The notes: generated from the sequence alone by a model not told the origin. A DNA stretch of 64,000 bases from an uncultured Acidobacteriota bacterium (GCA_963797495.1 CAWCPN010000002.1:3815880-3879879); one strand, 5' to 3'; positions 1 through 11,184 are shown, counted from the first letter of the stretch. Numbers and translations: made by a program.

Positions 1-2
1 TC

Positions 3-542
3 TTCATCGAAGGCCACCGGCTGGGCCTTTTCGCCTCGCGAAGCCTCGACGTGGACGTGGTTCTCGACCTCATGATCCACGACCTGCAGATCGTTTCGGA
101 CCTCGTTCGCCGGCCGGTCCGCGAGATCCGAGCCGCCGGCATGCCGGTCGTGACCTCGCGCATCGACATCGCCAACGCGCGGATCGAGTTCGAAGGCGGA
201 TGCGTCGCGACCCTGACGGCGTCCCGGGTGTCCTCGGAGCGATTGCGCCGGCTGCGCGTCTTCGCCCCGCCGATCTACTGCTCGGTCGACATGCACGCGC
301 GGACCCTGCGGGCCCTGGGCCTCGAGCGCGGGTCGGGGCAGCCGGAAATCGTCTCCGTCGAGGTTCCCGTGGGCTCCGGCGATCCTCTTGCCCGCGAGCT
401 CTCGGACTTCGTCGGAGCCGTGCGGGAGCGAAGGGACGCAATCGTGTCGGGCGAGGTCGGTCGCGACGCCCTGGTGCTGGCCCACCGCGTTCTCGACGCC
501 ATCGCAGCGCACCGCGCCGAATTTCCGGAGATCTCGGTTTGA
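3..542 (+). CDS. Gfo/Idh/MocA family oxidoreductase, C-terminal part (5' truncated by window)
   Basis: Open frame from base 3: FIEGHRL...DVVLDLMIHDL...ANARIEFEGGCVATLTASRVS, typical GFO_IDH_MocA C-terminal motifs. Confidence 0.85.
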   Translation, partial: FIEGHRLGLFASRSLDVDVVLDLMIHDLQIVSDLVRRPVREIRAAGMPVVTSRIDIANARIEFEGGCVATLTASRVSSERLRRLRVFAPPIYCSVDMHARTLRALGLERGSGQPEIVSVEVPVGSGDPLARELSDFVGAVRERRDAIVSGEVGRDALVLAHRVLDAIAAHRAEFPEISV

Positions 543-1402
543 CGGTTCCCGCACGCATCGGCCTGATCGGCGGCAGCGGGGTCTACGACCTGTCCGCGAT
601 CGAGGGCCTGCGCGAGGAGGCGGTGGAGACGCCCTTCGGATCGCCGTCCGATGCGTTCATGACGGGCACTCTGGGAGGCGTCCCCGTGGCGTTCCTGGCC
701 CGCCACGGCCGGGGGCATCGGGTGTCGCCGACGGAGGTCAACTACCGGGCCAACGTCTGCGGCTTCAAACTTCTCGGTTGTGACGCGCTGCTGTCGGCCT
801 CGGCCTGCGGCAGCCTGAAGGAAGAGCTCGCCCCGAGGCAGGCGGTCATTCCGGACCAGTTCATCGACCGCACGCGCCACCGGAGGGACACGTTCTTCGG
901 CGAGGGCGTCGTGGCCCACGCGACGCTCGCCGATCCGACCTGCCCGTCGCTTTCGGCGGCCCTCGCGGAGGGGGCACGACAGGGGGGGCTGCAGGTTCAG
1001 CGCGGCGGGACCTATGTCTGCATGGAGGGGCCGCAGTTCTCGACGCGCGCGGAGTCGCGGCTCTACCGCTCGTGGGGAGCCGACGTGATCGGGATGACCA
1101 ACCTCACCGAGGCCCGGCTGGCGCGCGAGGCCGAGCTCTGCTACGCGAGCCTGGCTCTGGTGACCGACTATGACTGCTGGCACGAAACGCACGAGGACGT
1201 GACGGTCGAGACGATTCTCGCCGTCCTCGCGGAGAATGCCGCGGCGGCCCGGCGGGCTCTGGCCGAGGCCGTGGCCCGCGTCGACGCGAGCCGCGGCTGC
1301 GGCTGCCGGGACGCCATGCGCTTCGGGATTCTCACGGACCGCGAGGCGATCGCGGAAGAGGCGAAGAGCCGGCTCCGGCCGATCGTGGGGAGATACCTGT
1401 GA
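539..1402 (+). CDS. mtnP: S-methyl-5'-thioadenosine phosphorylase
   Basis: IGLIGGSG, ARHGRGH, EGPQFSTRAES, VIGMT and LVTDYDCW motifs; TTG start overlaps the upstream TGA. Confidence 0.92.
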   Translation: MTVPARIGLIGGSGVYDLSAIEGLREEAVETPFGSPSDAFMTGTLGGVPVAFLARHGRGHRVSPTEVNYRANVCGFKLLGCDALLSASACGSLKEELAPRQAVIPDQFIDRTRHRRDTFFGEGVVAHATLADPTCPSLSAALAEGARQGGLQVQRGGTYVCMEGPQFSTRAESRLYRSWGADVIGMTNLTEARLAREAELCYASLALVTDYDCWHETHEDVTVETILAVLAENAAAARRALAEAVARVDASRGCGCRDAMRFGILTDREAIAEEAKSRLRPIVGRYL

Positions 1403-2376
1403 GGCGCGAGGGACGAATCGTCGTGACGGGGTCCGTGGCGTTCGACTACCTGATGACCTTCCCGGGGCGATTCACCGAACACCTGATTCCCGACCGCATG
1501 TCGCGGCTGTCGGTGTCGTTCCTGGTGGACGAGATGCGGCGAGTCCCGGGGGGCTGCGGGCCGAACATCGCGTATGGACTGTCGCTGCTGGGGGAACGCG
1601 CCACGCTCCTGGCGACGGCCGGCACCGACGCCGAGGACTACCGGGATCGCCTGGCCCGCGAGGGCGTGGACGTTTCGGGGCTGCGACTCGAGTCGGACCT
1701 CTTCACGGCCTCGTTCTTCGTTTCGACCGATCAGGACCAGAACCAGCTGGCCTCGTTCTATACGGGCGCGATGGCACGGGCCCGCGACCTGCCCCTCGAT
1801 TCCCTCGATCCGGCCTCGATCGCATTCGTCGTGATATCGCCCAACGACCCCCCGGCGATGGCGGCTCATGCCGCGGCCTGCCGGCGCCACGGGATCCCGT
1901 TTCTCTACGACCCGAGCCAGCAGGTGACCCGCCTTTCGGGTGAGGAGATGACGGAGGGATTTCGGGGCGCTTCGATCCTGATCGTGAACGAGTACGAATT
2001 CGGGATCCTCACCCACAAGACCGGCCTGAGCCGCGAGGAGATCCTGGAGCGCGTTCCCACCCTCATCGTCACGAGCGGGGCCGACGGATCGACCGTCCAT
2101 GTCGCGGAGGGCGCCGCGCACGCCATCCCGCCCGCCCGGGTCGAGGGGGAGGCCGTGGACCCGACGGGCGTGGGCGACATGTACCGGGCCGGGCTCCTCC
2201 GGGGGCTCCGGATCGGGGCCGCCTGGCCGGTCGCCGGCCGAATCGGGAGCGTCAGCGCGGTCTTCGGGCTGGAGGCTCTGGGCCCGCAACCGCCCCGGTA
2301 CACGCCGGCGGAGTTCGTCGAGCGTTACCGGCGCAACTTCGGCGATGCCCCCGAGCTCGCCGGCCTCTTCGCCTGA
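1399..2376 (+). CDS. PfkB-family nucleoside/carbohydrate kinase (adenosine kinase-like)
   Basis: GSVAFD, PGGCGPNIAYG, NEYE and DPTGVGD PfkB signatures; GTGA-coupled to mtnP. Confidence 0.85.
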   Translation: MRREGRIVVTGSVAFDYLMTFPGRFTEHLIPDRMSRLSVSFLVDEMRRVPGGCGPNIAYGLSLLGERATLLATAGTDAEDYRDRLAREGVDVSGLRLESDLFTASFFVSTDQDQNQLASFYTGAMARARDLPLDSLDPASIAFVVISPNDPPAMAAHAAACRRHGIPFLYDPSQQVTRLSGEEMTEGFRGASILIVNEYEFGILTHKTGLSREEILERVPTLIVTSGADGSTVHVAEGAAHAIPPARVEGEAVDPTGVGDMYRAGLLRGLRIGAAWPVAGRIGSVSAVFGLEALGPQPPRYTPAEFVERYRRNFGDAPELAGLFA

Positions 2377-2393
2377 GCGGAGCCGAGCCGGGT

Positions 2394-2399
2394 TACAAT
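2394..2399 (+). promoter_or_regulatory. Putative sigma70 -10 box (TACAAT) upstream of ribH
   Basis: AT-rich hexamer in the only intergenic gap, about 33 nt before the ATG. Confidence 0.45.
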
Positions 2400-2431
2400 T
2401 CCCTTCTTTCAACGAGGGCAGTCCTTTGAGC

Positions 2432-2923
2432 ATGCGCGTGCCGCGCCGCGTGGCGGCGTCTTTTTCGCCGAAGCAGTACGAGGGGAGCCTCGACGCCTCG
2501 GGGCTGCGGCTGGCCGTCGTATGCGCGCGATGGAACCCGACGGTGACCGACGCGATGCTCGGCGCCGCGCTCGACACGCTGCGCCGGCGGGGAGCGCGGG
2601 CCGCGGACGTCGCGGTCGCCCGCGTCCCCGGGGCGTTCGAGCTGGCGGCCGGCGCGCGGGCCTTCCTGGATTTCGGCCGGACGCACGCCGTCGTGGCTCT
2701 GGCGGCCATCGTTCGCGGGGAAACGACGCACCACGAGGTGCTCGGGCACGCCGTGGCGACGGCGCTCGCGTCGCTTTCGAGCGAGACCGGCGTGCCCATC
2801 GGATTCGGAATCCTGACCTGCGACACCATGGAACAGGCCCGCAGCCGCGCCGACAAGGGTGTCGAGGCCGCCGAGGCCGCCATCGAGATGGCGAACCTGC
2901 GCCGGCAGCTGAAGGCGAAGTAG
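2432..2923 (+). CDS. ribH: 6,7-dimethyl-8-ribityllumazine synthase
   Basis: ARWN, VPGAFEL, IVRGETTHH and PIGFGILT motifs; sits before nusB as usual. Confidence 0.95.
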   Translation: MRVPRRVAASFSPKQYEGSLDASGLRLAVVCARWNPTVTDAMLGAALDTLRRRGARAADVAVARVPGAFELAAGARAFLDFGRTHAVVALAAIVRGETTHHEVLGHAVATALASLSSETGVPIGFGILTCDTMEQARSRADKGVEAAEAAIEMANLRRQLKAK

Positions 2924-3346
2924 ATGGGCGCGAGGCGCAAGGCGAGGGAGCTCGCCCTCCAGATGCTCTACGAGCACGACGTCGCCGGGACGGAGCCCCA
3001 GGAGATGTTCCGGCGTTCGGACGACCTGAAGAAGGCCTCCGAGGGACTCCAGGACTTCACGCGGCGCCTGGTCTCCGGTACGTTGCTTCATCGGGAGGAT
3101 CTCGATGCGCTGATTTCGCGGCAGGCGGACCACTGGCGGTTGACGCGGATGCCCGTCGTCGACCGGAACATCCTGCGGCTGGCGCTGTTCGAACTGCTCC
3201 ACGAGCCCGAGACGCCCCGGCCGGTGGTGATCGACGAGGCCCTGGAGATCGCCAAGCGCTTCTCGACCCCGAAGTCCTCCCAGTTCATCAACGGAATCCT
3301 CGACGGCGTCCTGAAGGGACGCCGCGGCGAGGTCCCGTCCACGTGA
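2924..3346 (+). CDS. nusB: Transcription antitermination factor NusB
   Basis: RRKARELALQMLY, VDRNILRLA, VVIDEALEIAKRF, FINGILD. Confidence 0.97.
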   Translation: MGARRKARELALQMLYEHDVAGTEPQEMFRRSDDLKKASEGLQDFTRRLVSGTLLHREDLDALISRQADHWRLTRMPVVDRNILRLALFELLHEPETPRPVVIDEALEIAKRFSTPKSSQFINGILDGVLKGRRGEVPST

Positions 3347-4110
3347 GGCGAGCGGCGGGCGCGCTTCTGCTGTGCGCGGTGCTCGGGCCGGTGGCCGGCG
3401 CCGATGAGCTCGCCGTGTACCGGGCGGGCGGCCCGGACGCCAAGCTGTTCGACCAGTATGACAACGACGGCTACTCGCTCGCGGTCGCGCCGCGCGCCGA
3501 CGGCGGCCTGGAGCTGACCGTCCGGGTCGCCGACGGACCCCTCGCGAGCCGGGCGCCGTTTCCGTCGGCCGGACCGCGCGCGGCGGACATCACGCCGTCG
3601 GCCGAGCGCGATGCGTTCTCCCGGACGCTCGCGGGGGACGCGGTCCTGCAGGCCGAGGCGGTCGAGCGGATCCTGTCAGGAATGGCGTCGTTCGTGCGCT
3701 ACGACCCGGACCGGAGCCGACGGCAGGATCCGGCTTCGGTCTTCGCTTCGCGCCGGGCCCATTGCGTGGGTTTCTCGGAGCTCGCCGTCGACCTGCTCCG
3801 GAGGGTCGGCATTTCCGCCCGAACGGTCCAGGGAATCCTGCGCTCGAAACCGGGCAGCGACGGCTATGACCCGCGAATCGGCGGCGTCTACCACCGCTGG
3901 ATCGAAATCTACTACCCGGACCGCGGGTACGTCTTCTCGGATCCGTTCTCTTCGATCAATGCCGTCGACGCGCGGTACGTGCCCTTCGGGCGCCGGGCAT
4001 TCGAGCGTCCGAGGGACCTGACGCTCACGGCGGTCGAGTCCTCGGGGCAGCTCCATTTCCCGGTCCGACGCCTGCCCGAGGCGACGCTGCGCGTCCGGCC
4101 GTTCCGCTGA
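3343..4110 (+). CDS. Secreted transglutaminase-like (papain-fold) protein
   Basis: Hydrophobic N-terminal signal; AHCVGFSEL (Cys), YHRWIEIY (His) and VFSDP (Asp) triad pattern; GTG overlaps the nusB stop. Confidence 0.75.
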   Translation: MRRAAGALLLCAVLGPVAGADELAVYRAGGPDAKLFDQYDNDGYSLAVAPRADGGLELTVRVADGPLASRAPFPSAGPRAADITPSAERDAFSRTLAGDAVLQAEAVERILSGMASFVRYDPDRSRRQDPASVFASRRAHCVGFSELAVDLLRRVGISARTVQGILRSKPGSDGYDPRIGGVYHRWIEIYYPDRGYVFSDPFSSINAVDARYVPFGRRAFERPRDLTLTAVESSGQLHFPVRRLPEATLRVRPFR

Positions 4111-4153
4111 GCCGGACCCCTCCCGGTTCGCCGTGGCGTGGGAAGGGTTCGGG

Positions 4154-4159
4154 TATATT
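4154..4159 (+). promoter_or_regulatory. Putative -10 box (TATATT) 10 nt before the leuS ATG; no SD
   Basis: AT-rich hexamer in a GC-rich gap. Confidence 0.45.
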
Positions 4160-4169
4160 GCCGGCTCCC

Positions 4170-6647
4170 ATGGCGGAGAAGTACGCCCCGGCGCAGATCG
4201 AGGGCAAGTGGCAGAAGCGCTGGGCCGACGCGCGGGTGGCCTACGTCGACACGGCGGTGCCGGGCGACGAGTACTACCTGTTGAACATGTACCCGTATCC
4301 GTCCGGCAGCCGCCTGCACGTGGGGCATGGCCGCAACTACATCCTGGGGGACGCCCTCTACCGGCGGGAGCGGATGGCCGGTCGCAAGGCCCTGAACCCG
4401 ATGGGCTGGGATGCGTTCGGCCTGCCGGCGGAAAACGCCGCGATTCAAAGCGGGGTGCATCCGCGGGAACACACGCTCGCGAACATCGGCCGGATGAAGG
4501 AACAGCTCTTCAGTCTCGGCTGCCTCTACGACTGGTCCAAGGAGCTCGCCTCCTGCGATCCCGCGTACTATCGCTGGAACCAGTGGCTCTTCCTGCGCAT
4601 GTGGGAACGGGGCCTCGCCTACCGGAAGACGGCGCCGGTCAACTGGTGTCCGGGTTGCCGGACGGTGCTCGCGAACGAACAGGTCGTCGACGGGCGGTGT
4701 GAGCGGTCGGGGGATCTCGTGGAGATCCGGGACCTGACCCAGTGGTTTCTGCGCGTCACCGACTATGCCGAGCGGCTCCTGGACGGTCTCGACCGGCTGC
4801 CCTACTGGTCCGAGCGCGTCAAGACGATGCAGCGAAACTGGATCGGGCGCTCGGAGGGCGCGGAAATCATGTTTCGCGTCGACGGCCTGACGGAACCGCT
4901 CCGCGTCTTCACGACCCGGCCGGACACCCTGTACGGCGCGACGTTTCTGGCGCTCGCGCCGGAGCACCCGGCCGTCGAGCGGATGGCGCTGCGTTCCCCG
5001 CGGAAGGCGGAGATCGACGCCTTCGTGGAGCGCGTTCGCCGGGAGTCGCGGCTGGAACGGGAGGCCGAAGGGGCGGAGAAGCAGGGACTCGAGAGCGGGG
5101 TGCTCGCGACCAATCCCGCGACCGGCGAGACGATTCCGGTCTGGCTCGCCAACTTCGTCCTGCCGGACTACGGGACCGGCGCCATCATGGGCGTGCCGGC
5201 CCACGACCAGCGGGACTTCGAGTTCGCTCGTCGCTATGGACTGCCGATCCGGCCGGTCTACGGCACCGCGGAGGGCGTCGTCGATCCGGCCGCGATGACC
5301 GACGCCGTGCCCCATGACGGCGTCCTCGTCGGCTCCGGCAGCTGGGACGGGACCCCGAACGGCCCGCAGGCCGTCCGCGTGGCGATCGCGTGGCTCGAGG
5401 AGTCGGGATTCGGCAAGGGGACGGTCGGCTACCGGCTCCGCGACTGGCTGATCTCCCGGCAGCGCTACTGGGGCACGCCGATCCCGGCCATCCATTGTCC
5501 CGCCTGCGGCGTCGTCCCGGTGCCGGATGCGGACCTCCCGGTCCTGCTGCCGGAGGACGTCGAATTTCGCGGCGCGGAGGGCAATCCGCTCGAGAAGTCG
5601 GAAGCCTTCGTTCGGACCCGCTGTCCGAAATGCGGAGGAGCGGCCCGGAGAGAGACCGACACCATGGACACCTTCGTCGATTCCTCCTGGTACTACCTGC
5701 GCTTCCTGAACCCCGACGACACGGCCCGCATGGTCGATACGGAACGGGTGGATCGCTGGTTGCCGGTGGACCAGTACATCGGAGGCATCGAGCACGCGAT
5801 CCTGCACCTGCTCTACGCCCGATTCGTCTGCCGGGTGCTGCACGACATGGGACTGGTCCACCTCGAGGAGCCCTTCGAACGCCTGTTCAACCAGGGAATG
5901 ATCACGCGGCTGAATCCCTCGACGAACAAGATCGAGAAGATGTCCAAGTCGCGGGGGAACACGGTCTCACCCGACGAGCTCATCGAACGGTTCGGAGCAG
6001 ACACGCTGCGTCTCTACACGCTCTTCATCGGCCCACCGGAGAAGGAGTCGGAGTGGTCCGAGGAAGGGGTTGCGGGAGCGTTCCGGTTCCTGAATCGCGT
6101 TCACGAGATCTGCAGCCGGATCCACGAGATCCCCGCCGATGGACCGGTCGGGCCCCGGGACACCCCGCTCGCGCGCCTGACGCACCGGACCATCGACCGG
6201 GTCACGCGCGACGCCGCGGCCTTCCACTTCCATACCGCCGTCGCGGCCCTCATGGAATTCCAGCGCGGGATCACGGAGGCCCAGGAGGCGGGGTCCGAGA
6301 CGCCACGGGCCCTGCGGGAGGCGGCACGGACGCTCATCCGGCTTCTGCACCCGATCGCCCCGCACCTGACCGAGGAGTTGTGGCAGCGTTTCGGAGAGAC
6401 GGGCTTCCTCGTCGAGGCGCGATGGCCCGAGGCGGACCCGGAACTGGCCGTCACCCTCGATGTGACCCTCGTCGTTCAGGTCAACGGCAAGGTCCGGGGG
6501 AGGCTCGATGTCGCCCGCGGCGCCACGGAGGCCGAGGCCATGGAGCGTGTGCGCCAGGATCCGCGGATCCGGCCCTGGGTCGAAGGCAAAGAGGTCGCGA
6601 GGATCGTGTTCGTGCCGGACCGGCTTCTGAATCTGGTGGTGCGTTGA
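4170..6647 (+). CDS. leuS: Leucine--tRNA ligase
   Basis: MYPYPSG..LHVGH (HIGH), [41 protein letters not shown]. Confidence 0.98.
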   Translation: MAEKYAPAQIEGKWQKRWADARVAYVDTAVPGDEYYLLNMYPYPSGSRLHVGHGRNYILGDALYRRERMAGRKALNPMGWDAFGLPAENAAIQSGVHPREHTLANIGRMKEQLFSLGCLYDWSKELASCDPAYYRWNQWLFLRMWERGLAYRKTAPVNWCPGCRTVLANEQVVDGRCERSGDLVEIRDLTQWFLRVTDYAERLLDGLDRLPYWSERVKTMQRNWIGRSEGAEIMFRVDGLTEPLRVFTTRPDTLYGATFLALAPEHPAVERMALRSPRKAEIDAFVERVRRESRLEREAEGAEKQGLESGVLATNPATGETIPVWLANFVLPDYGTGAIMGVPAHDQRDFEFARRYGLPIRPVYGTAEGVVDPAAMTDAVPHDGVLVGSGSWDGTPNGPQAVRVAIAWLEESGFGKGTVGYRLRDWLISRQRYWGTPIPAIHCPACGVVPVPDADLPVLLPEDVEFRGAEGNPLEKSEAFVRTRCPKCGGAARRETDTMDTFVDSSWYYLRFLNPDDTARMVDTERVDRWLPVDQYIGGIEHAILHLLYARFVCRVLHDMGLVHLEEPFERLFNQGMITRLNPSTNKIEKMSKSRGNTVSPDELIERFGADTLRLYTLFIGPPEKESEWSEEGVAGAFRFLNRVHEICSRIHEIPADGPVGPRDTPLARLTHRTIDRVTRDAAAFHFHTAVAALMEFQRGITEAQEAGSETPRALREAARTLIRLLHPIAPHLTEELWQRFGETGFLVEARWPEADPELAVTLDVTLVVQVNGKVRGRLDVARGATEAEAMERVRQDPRIRPWVEGKEVARIVFVPDRLLNLVVR

Positions 6648-7183
6648 TTCCTGCGGGAGCCGCTCGGCGGGCGGTCGGATTGCTGGCGGCGTCGGCGAGC
6701 CTGCTCGCCACCGCCGGGTGCGGCTACGCTCTGGTGGGGAAGGGATCGTCGCTGCCCGCGAGCGTGCGGGTCGTCGAGTTCACGACGCTCGAGAATCGAA
6801 CGCAGCGGGTCGGGCTGGAACAACGGCTTTCGGGCGAGATCGCCCGGGAACTCGCCTCGCGGGGGCGCTTCCACGTCCAGGCGACCGCCGACGGGGCCGA
6901 CGCCGTCCTGTCGGGCGCCGTGGTGGGTTTCAACCTCTTTCCCGTGGCGTTCGACTCCCAGGGCCGGGCGACCGACTACCAGGTCCAGATCACCGCCCGG
7001 GCCTCGCTCAAGACCCTTCCCGACGAGAAAGTCCTCTGGGAGAACCCCGCCTTCACTTTTCGCGACAATTACCAGTTCAACGCGAGCGCGGCGACCTACG
7101 TCGATCGGGAGAACGACGCGATCGATCGCGTCGCCGACCGGTTCGCGCAGAGCCTCGTGACGAGCATGCTCGAGGGCTTCTAG
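6644..7183 (+). CDS. lptE: LPS assembly lipoprotein LptE family
   Basis: Lipobox TAGC-GY; LptE-like pattern; canonical position after leuS; TTG/TGA overlap. Confidence 0.85.
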   Translation: MIPAGAARRAVGLLAASASLLATAGCGYALVGKGSSLPASVRVVEFTTLENRTQRVGLEQRLSGEIARELASRGRFHVQATADGADAVLSGAVVGFNLFPVAFDSQGRATDYQVQITARASLKTLPDEKVLWENPAFTFRDNYQFNASAATYVDRENDAIDRVADRFAQSLVTSMLEGF

Positions 7184-7211
7184 TCCCTCGAGGAGGCGGG
7201 GATGCCGCGGC

Positions 7212-7457
7212 TCAGCGCGCGGCCTTCTTGGCGAGGCGGCTCTTGGTGCGGGCGGCGGCGTTGCGGTGGATCACGCCTTTCGCCAGCGCGCGGTCGATCG
7301 CCGAGTGCGTGGCGGGCAGGGCCTCGGCCTTCTTTTTCGAGTCGGCCGTCGCGTACTTCTTGACGACTCCGCGCAGCCGCGAGATGCGCGCCTTGTTGCG
7401 GGCACGCTTCTTGGCGGCGGTGCGAATGCGTTTCTCTGCGGATTTGATGTTGGCCAT
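7212..7457 (-). CDS. rpsT: 30S ribosomal protein S20
   Basis: MANIKSAEKRIR...IHRNAAARTKSRLA. Confidence 0.98.
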   Translation of the reverse strand: MANIKSAEKRIRTAAKKRARNKARISRLRGVVKKYATADSKKKAEALPATHSAIDRALAKGVIHRNAAARTKSRLAKKAAR

Positions 7458-7572
7458 GGTGACTGTTCTTCGCTCCTCAGCTATGGGATTCCGGCCCGGT
7501 TCGAGTCTCCGGTCGTACCGGGTGGGGGAGAATATCGCGTTTCGGGCCGGTACGCTCGGGAGGGCCCGAGCC

Positions 7573-8395
7573 CTACCCGGCGTCGACTCCGACGGACTTG
7601 AGCTTGGCCTTGGCCAGCCGAGCCTCCTCGGACGTCGGGAACTCGTGGATCACGTACTGCAGCTGCACCACCGCTTCGGCCTTCTGGCCGAGCTCGAGCA
7701 GGGCGTAGCCCTTCTTCAGCAGCGCCGCCGCGGCCTTGTCGCTCGAGGGCCACTGCTTGAGGAGATCCCCGAAATCGGCGATCGCCTCCGGAAACTTCCG
7801 CTGGGCGAAATGCGATTCTCCGATCCAGTACTGCGCGTTGTCGGACAGATCGGTCGAGGGGTAGCTCGCCAGGTAGTCCTGGAAACCCTGGATGGCCAGG
7901 GCGTACCGGCCCTTCGAGTAGTCGGCAAAGGCGGTGTCGTAGAGCTCCGAGGGGGAGGGGCCGGCCGGCACAGCGGCGCCGCCCGCTTCGGCGGCTCGGC
8001 GCGCCCGGAGCGGGGAATCCCGCGGCGCCCCCGTTGCGCAGCCGAAGCAGCTCGCTCTGCGTCTCGGCGATCTGCTGCGACAGCTGTGCGAGCCGACGAT
8101 TCGTGTCTTCCAGCTTGGCTTCGAGCTGTTCCATCTTCGTGGTGAGCTCGCCCAGGCGGACCGCCGTGTCGGCGTTGGACTTGAGAAGCTGGGTCGTCTG
8201 CGCGGCCACGTTCTGGTTGAGCTTCTCGACCTCCTCCTTGCTGGACGACTTCTTCTCGAGGGTCTGGATCTGCTTCTGGATGTCGCCCATCTGGCGGTGC
8301 AGGCCCTCGATGTCGTCGGAGGAAACGCAGGCGGCGCCGGCCAGAGCCGACGCCGCGAGCAGGCCGCAGAGGCCGAAACGCCGAGGCCGGGTCAA
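7573..8395 (-). CDS. cpoB: Tol-Pal protein CpoB/YbgF (coiled coil + TPR), apparent frameshift near 8000
   Basis: N-terminal lipobox-like AAC plus coiled coil (frame of ORF 7481..8563) joins TPR part SELYDTAFADYSKGRY..NAQYWIGES..ALLKKG (ORF 7573..7971); follows pal. Confidence 0.88.
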
Positions 8396-8396
8396 G

Positions 8397-8966
8397 CTAC
8401 TTGGCCGTGATGACGAGGTGCGCCCGGCGGTTCTGCTGCCAGCAGCTCTCGTTCGAGTCCGAGCAGAACGGGCGCTCTTCGCCGTAGGACACCGTCTTGA
8501 TCCGGGATCCGTCGATGCCGAGCGAAACCAGGTATTCCTTGGCAGCGTTGGCGCGGCGGTCACCGAGGGCCAGGTTGTAGGCGTTGGTTCCCCGCTCGTC
8601 GCAGTAACCCTCGATCAGGATCTGGACGGACGGGTACTTCTTGAGCCACTCGGCATCGGCGGCGAGGGCCGAGCGGGCGTCCTCGCGCAGATCCGCCTGG
8701 TCGTAGTCGAAATAGGCGTCGGTCAGATAGCCCTTCTTGTTGAGCTCCTCGAGGGGCATCTTGATCACGTCCGAGGTCACGTCGTGGCCGGTCGTGGATG
8801 CCGGCGGCGGAGGGACCTGGGTGTCCGTGGACGGAGCCTTGGCGGTCACAGGAGGCCGCGCGTCCGGCGCCGTGGTCGGCGCCTTCTTCTTGCATGCCGT
8901 GGAAAACGCGAACGCCACCGTGGCGAGCAGAGCGAGAGTGGTCAGGGTCGTGAGGTTTTTACGCAT
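8397..8966 (-). CDS. pal: Peptidoglycan-associated lipoprotein Pal
   Basis: Lipobox STAC; YFDYD, IEGYCDERG..YNLALGDRRA, SYGEERP, NRRAH; SD aaggag. Confidence 0.96.
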   Translation of the reverse strand: MRKNLTTLTTLALLATVAFAFSTACKKKAPTTAPDARPPVTAKAPSTDTQVPPPPASTTGHDVTSDVIKMPLEELNKKGYLTDAYFDYDQADLREDARSALAADAEWLKKYPSVQILIEGYCDERGTNAYNLALGDRRANAAKEYLVSLGIDGSRIKTVSYGEERPFCSDSNESCWQQNRRAHLVITAK

Positions 8967-9025
8967 CCAGTACTCCTTCGTCGATGGAGCGGGGCTCGAA
9001 AAGCGTTGGCACCGCCCGGAAACCC

Positions 9026-9034
9026 AGTGTAGCA
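9026..9034 (-). promoter_or_regulatory. Extended -10 element TGcTACACT for an internal pal promoter
   Basis: TGn-TAnnnT in the tolB-pal gap, about 60 nt upstream of the pal ATG. Confidence 0.5.
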
Positions 9035-9074
9035 AAGAGTTAAGGGAAACCCCAGTCCGAAACGCCAGCGCCGA

Positions 9075-10401
9075 TCAGGGAATCCACCAGGGCTGCGAGT
9101 GGTTCTCGCCGCGCGTCAGCTGGCGCTTGTTCTGACCGTTGGCGTCCATCGTGTAGATCTGCGTTGAGGGGCCGCGTCGCGAGGCGTAAACGATCTTCTC
9201 GCCGTCGGGTGACCACGACGGATGTCCGTTGGAGCCGTCGGTCGTGAGCTGGATCGTCTGGCCGGTGGCGAAATCCATGACGCAGATGTTGAAGTCGCCC
9301 TCGTTGCGGCACGCGAACGCGATTCGCGAGCCGTCGGGAGACCACGACGCCTCGTCGTTCCAGTTCCCGGCGAACGTCACCCGCCGAGAGCCCGTGCCTT
9401 CGGGATCCATGACGTAGATCTGGGGCGTGCCCGTGAGGTCGGACGTGTACAGGATCTGGCGTCCGTTCGGCGACCAGGCCGGGGAGGCCTCGAGGGCGCG
9501 GCTCGTCGTCAGCCGGTGGGCGGCGCCTCCCGCGACGGAAATCGTGTAGATGTCGGTGTTGCCCCGGGCCGAGCCGGCGAAGGCGATCTGGGAGGCGTCG
9601 GGGGAGAGGGAAGGCGAGGCGTTCAGCTCCAGACCCGTCTGGATCTCGCGCTTGTCCGACCCGTCGGGCGACATCGTCCAGATCTGGGGAAAGAGGCGCA
9701 CGTAGGACGTATACGCGATTCGGCCGTTGGCGCCGTTCGGGCGAGATGGCGATCGACTTGTGGGAGGTCAGCTGGCGGACGCCCCGGCCGTCGAAGTCCA
9801 TCGCGGAGATTTCCTTCGAGGTGCCCTGCTGGTTCACGAAGAGGATCGTCGACAGAAACAGGCCGGGTTTGCCGGTGAAGTACTTCACGATGTCGTTGGC
9901 GATCGTGTGGGCGATGCGTTCGACGTAGGTCGCCCCGCCCGTGTAACGCCGGCCCATGATCAGCTTTCGCGACTTGAGGTCCCAGACGCGGGCCTCGATC
10001 GAGACCTTGTCGCCGGAGACCTCCCCGCGGGTGTCGACGAGGGCCTCGGCGCCGGTGCCGAGCCACCGGTCGGCGGCGTCGGGGGTCGACGGGTCGCGGT
10101 AGCCGGACGGGTAGAGGGCGGGCTCGGCCACGGCAAAGGCCCCGGCGTATTCGAGGTCCGACCGCAGCGTCGCCGTGAAGGGCTCCACGACCCGGTCCTG
10201 CAGGGCGGCGGTCCCCGGGGCGAAGAGGGCGGGAACGGCGACCGACAGCCGGCGGCCCTCGCCTCCGCGGATCGTGATCTGGATGTCGTCGGCCGGCGCC
10301 GGCGTCGGCCGTGCGGGAGCCTGGGCGCAGAGCGGCGCGGCGGCCAGGGCGAGAGCCAGCGAAGCCGCGAGGCGTCGGAGCATGGGTTTCTCCTGGGTCA
10401 T
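9075..10401 (-). CDS. tolB: TolB beta-propeller protein, apparent frameshift near 9740
   Basis: TolB N-domain (signal peptide, IAHTIANDIV..TG) then PD40 repeats (SPSLSPD, SPAWSPNG, SWSPDG) in a second frame. Confidence 0.9.
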
Positions 10402-11156
10402 TCGAAGACGACCTGAATTCCGAGATGCGGGCCCGGGTACTCGGACGGCAGCGGCGGAAGCGGCGAAGACGCCAGCACCGCGCGCAGTGCCGCGCGGTCC
10501 ACGAAGGGCAGGCCGCTCGAGATCACGAGGCGGGGGTCCGTGATGGTTCCGTCCCGCTCGATCTGAAAATGCACGACGGGATTGGTCTGCACGATCTGCG
10601 CCGGCTTGAACCAGTTCAGGCTCATGATCGCCACCATCCGCTCGATGTAGACGGGATACTTGAAGTCGGCCTGGTCGATCTTGAACCCCCCGATTCCCGC
10701 AGAGCCGCCGGCACCCGCAGCGGCACCGGCGGAGGTTCCGGCGGCATCGGCATCGGCGGTCGGCAGGCTGACGACCGGCGTCGCCGCGGGGCCCGGCCGG
10801 CTGACCGGAACGGGTGTCGGCTTCTTCTTGTCCTCCTTGGCCGGGAGGAGCAGAGCCTTCTTCGAAGGCTTCGGGGCCTCCTCGACGGGCTTTTCGATCC
10901 TGGGCTTCTCGGCCGCGGGGGGCGCCGGGACCGATTGGGCCGGCGCAGCCTGGACCCGGGGCGTCTGGAGGGAGCCCGAGCGCAGCAGCCGGATCGCGAC
11001 CGCCCGCGGCGGCGTCACGCGCATCGGCCGGGCGACGAACGAGGCGAGCAACCCGAGAAGGACCGCGCCGTGCAGAACGAACGCGAGGACCGCGGCCGGG
11101 CCCCAGGGCATGCGCTCTTCCTGCCGCGCGGCGAGGATGCTTCCGACCGCGTCCAT
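10398..11156 (-). CDS. tolA: TolA/TonB-family energy transducer
   Basis: Single TM (FVLHGAVLLG), Pro/Lys/Ala-rich linker, TonB_C domain (FQIERDGTI..SSG..DRAALRAV..P); located between tolR and tolB. Confidence 0.8.
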   Translation of the reverse strand: MDAVGSILAARQEERMPWGPAAVLAFVLHGAVLLGLLASFVARPMRVTPPRAVAIRLLRSGSLQTPRVQAAPAQSVPAPPAAEKPRIEKPVEEAPKPSKKALLLPAKEDKKKPTPVPVSRPGPAATPVVSLPTADADAAGTSAGAAAGAGGSAGIGGFKIDQADFKYPVYIERMVAIMSLNWFKPAQIVQTNPVVHFQIERDGTITDPRLVISSGLPFVDRAALRAVLASSPLPPLPSEYPGPHLGIQVVFE

Positions 11157-11184
11157 CAGCGTCGCGCGGCGGCGTCCGGCGCGG

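Noticed and set aside
7495-7522. T-loop-like GGTTCGAGTC suggesting a tRNA
   Set aside because: No 5-bp T stem, D arm, anticodon arm or acceptor stem; it is more likely a hairpin (cccggt/accggg) in the rpsT leader on the minus strand
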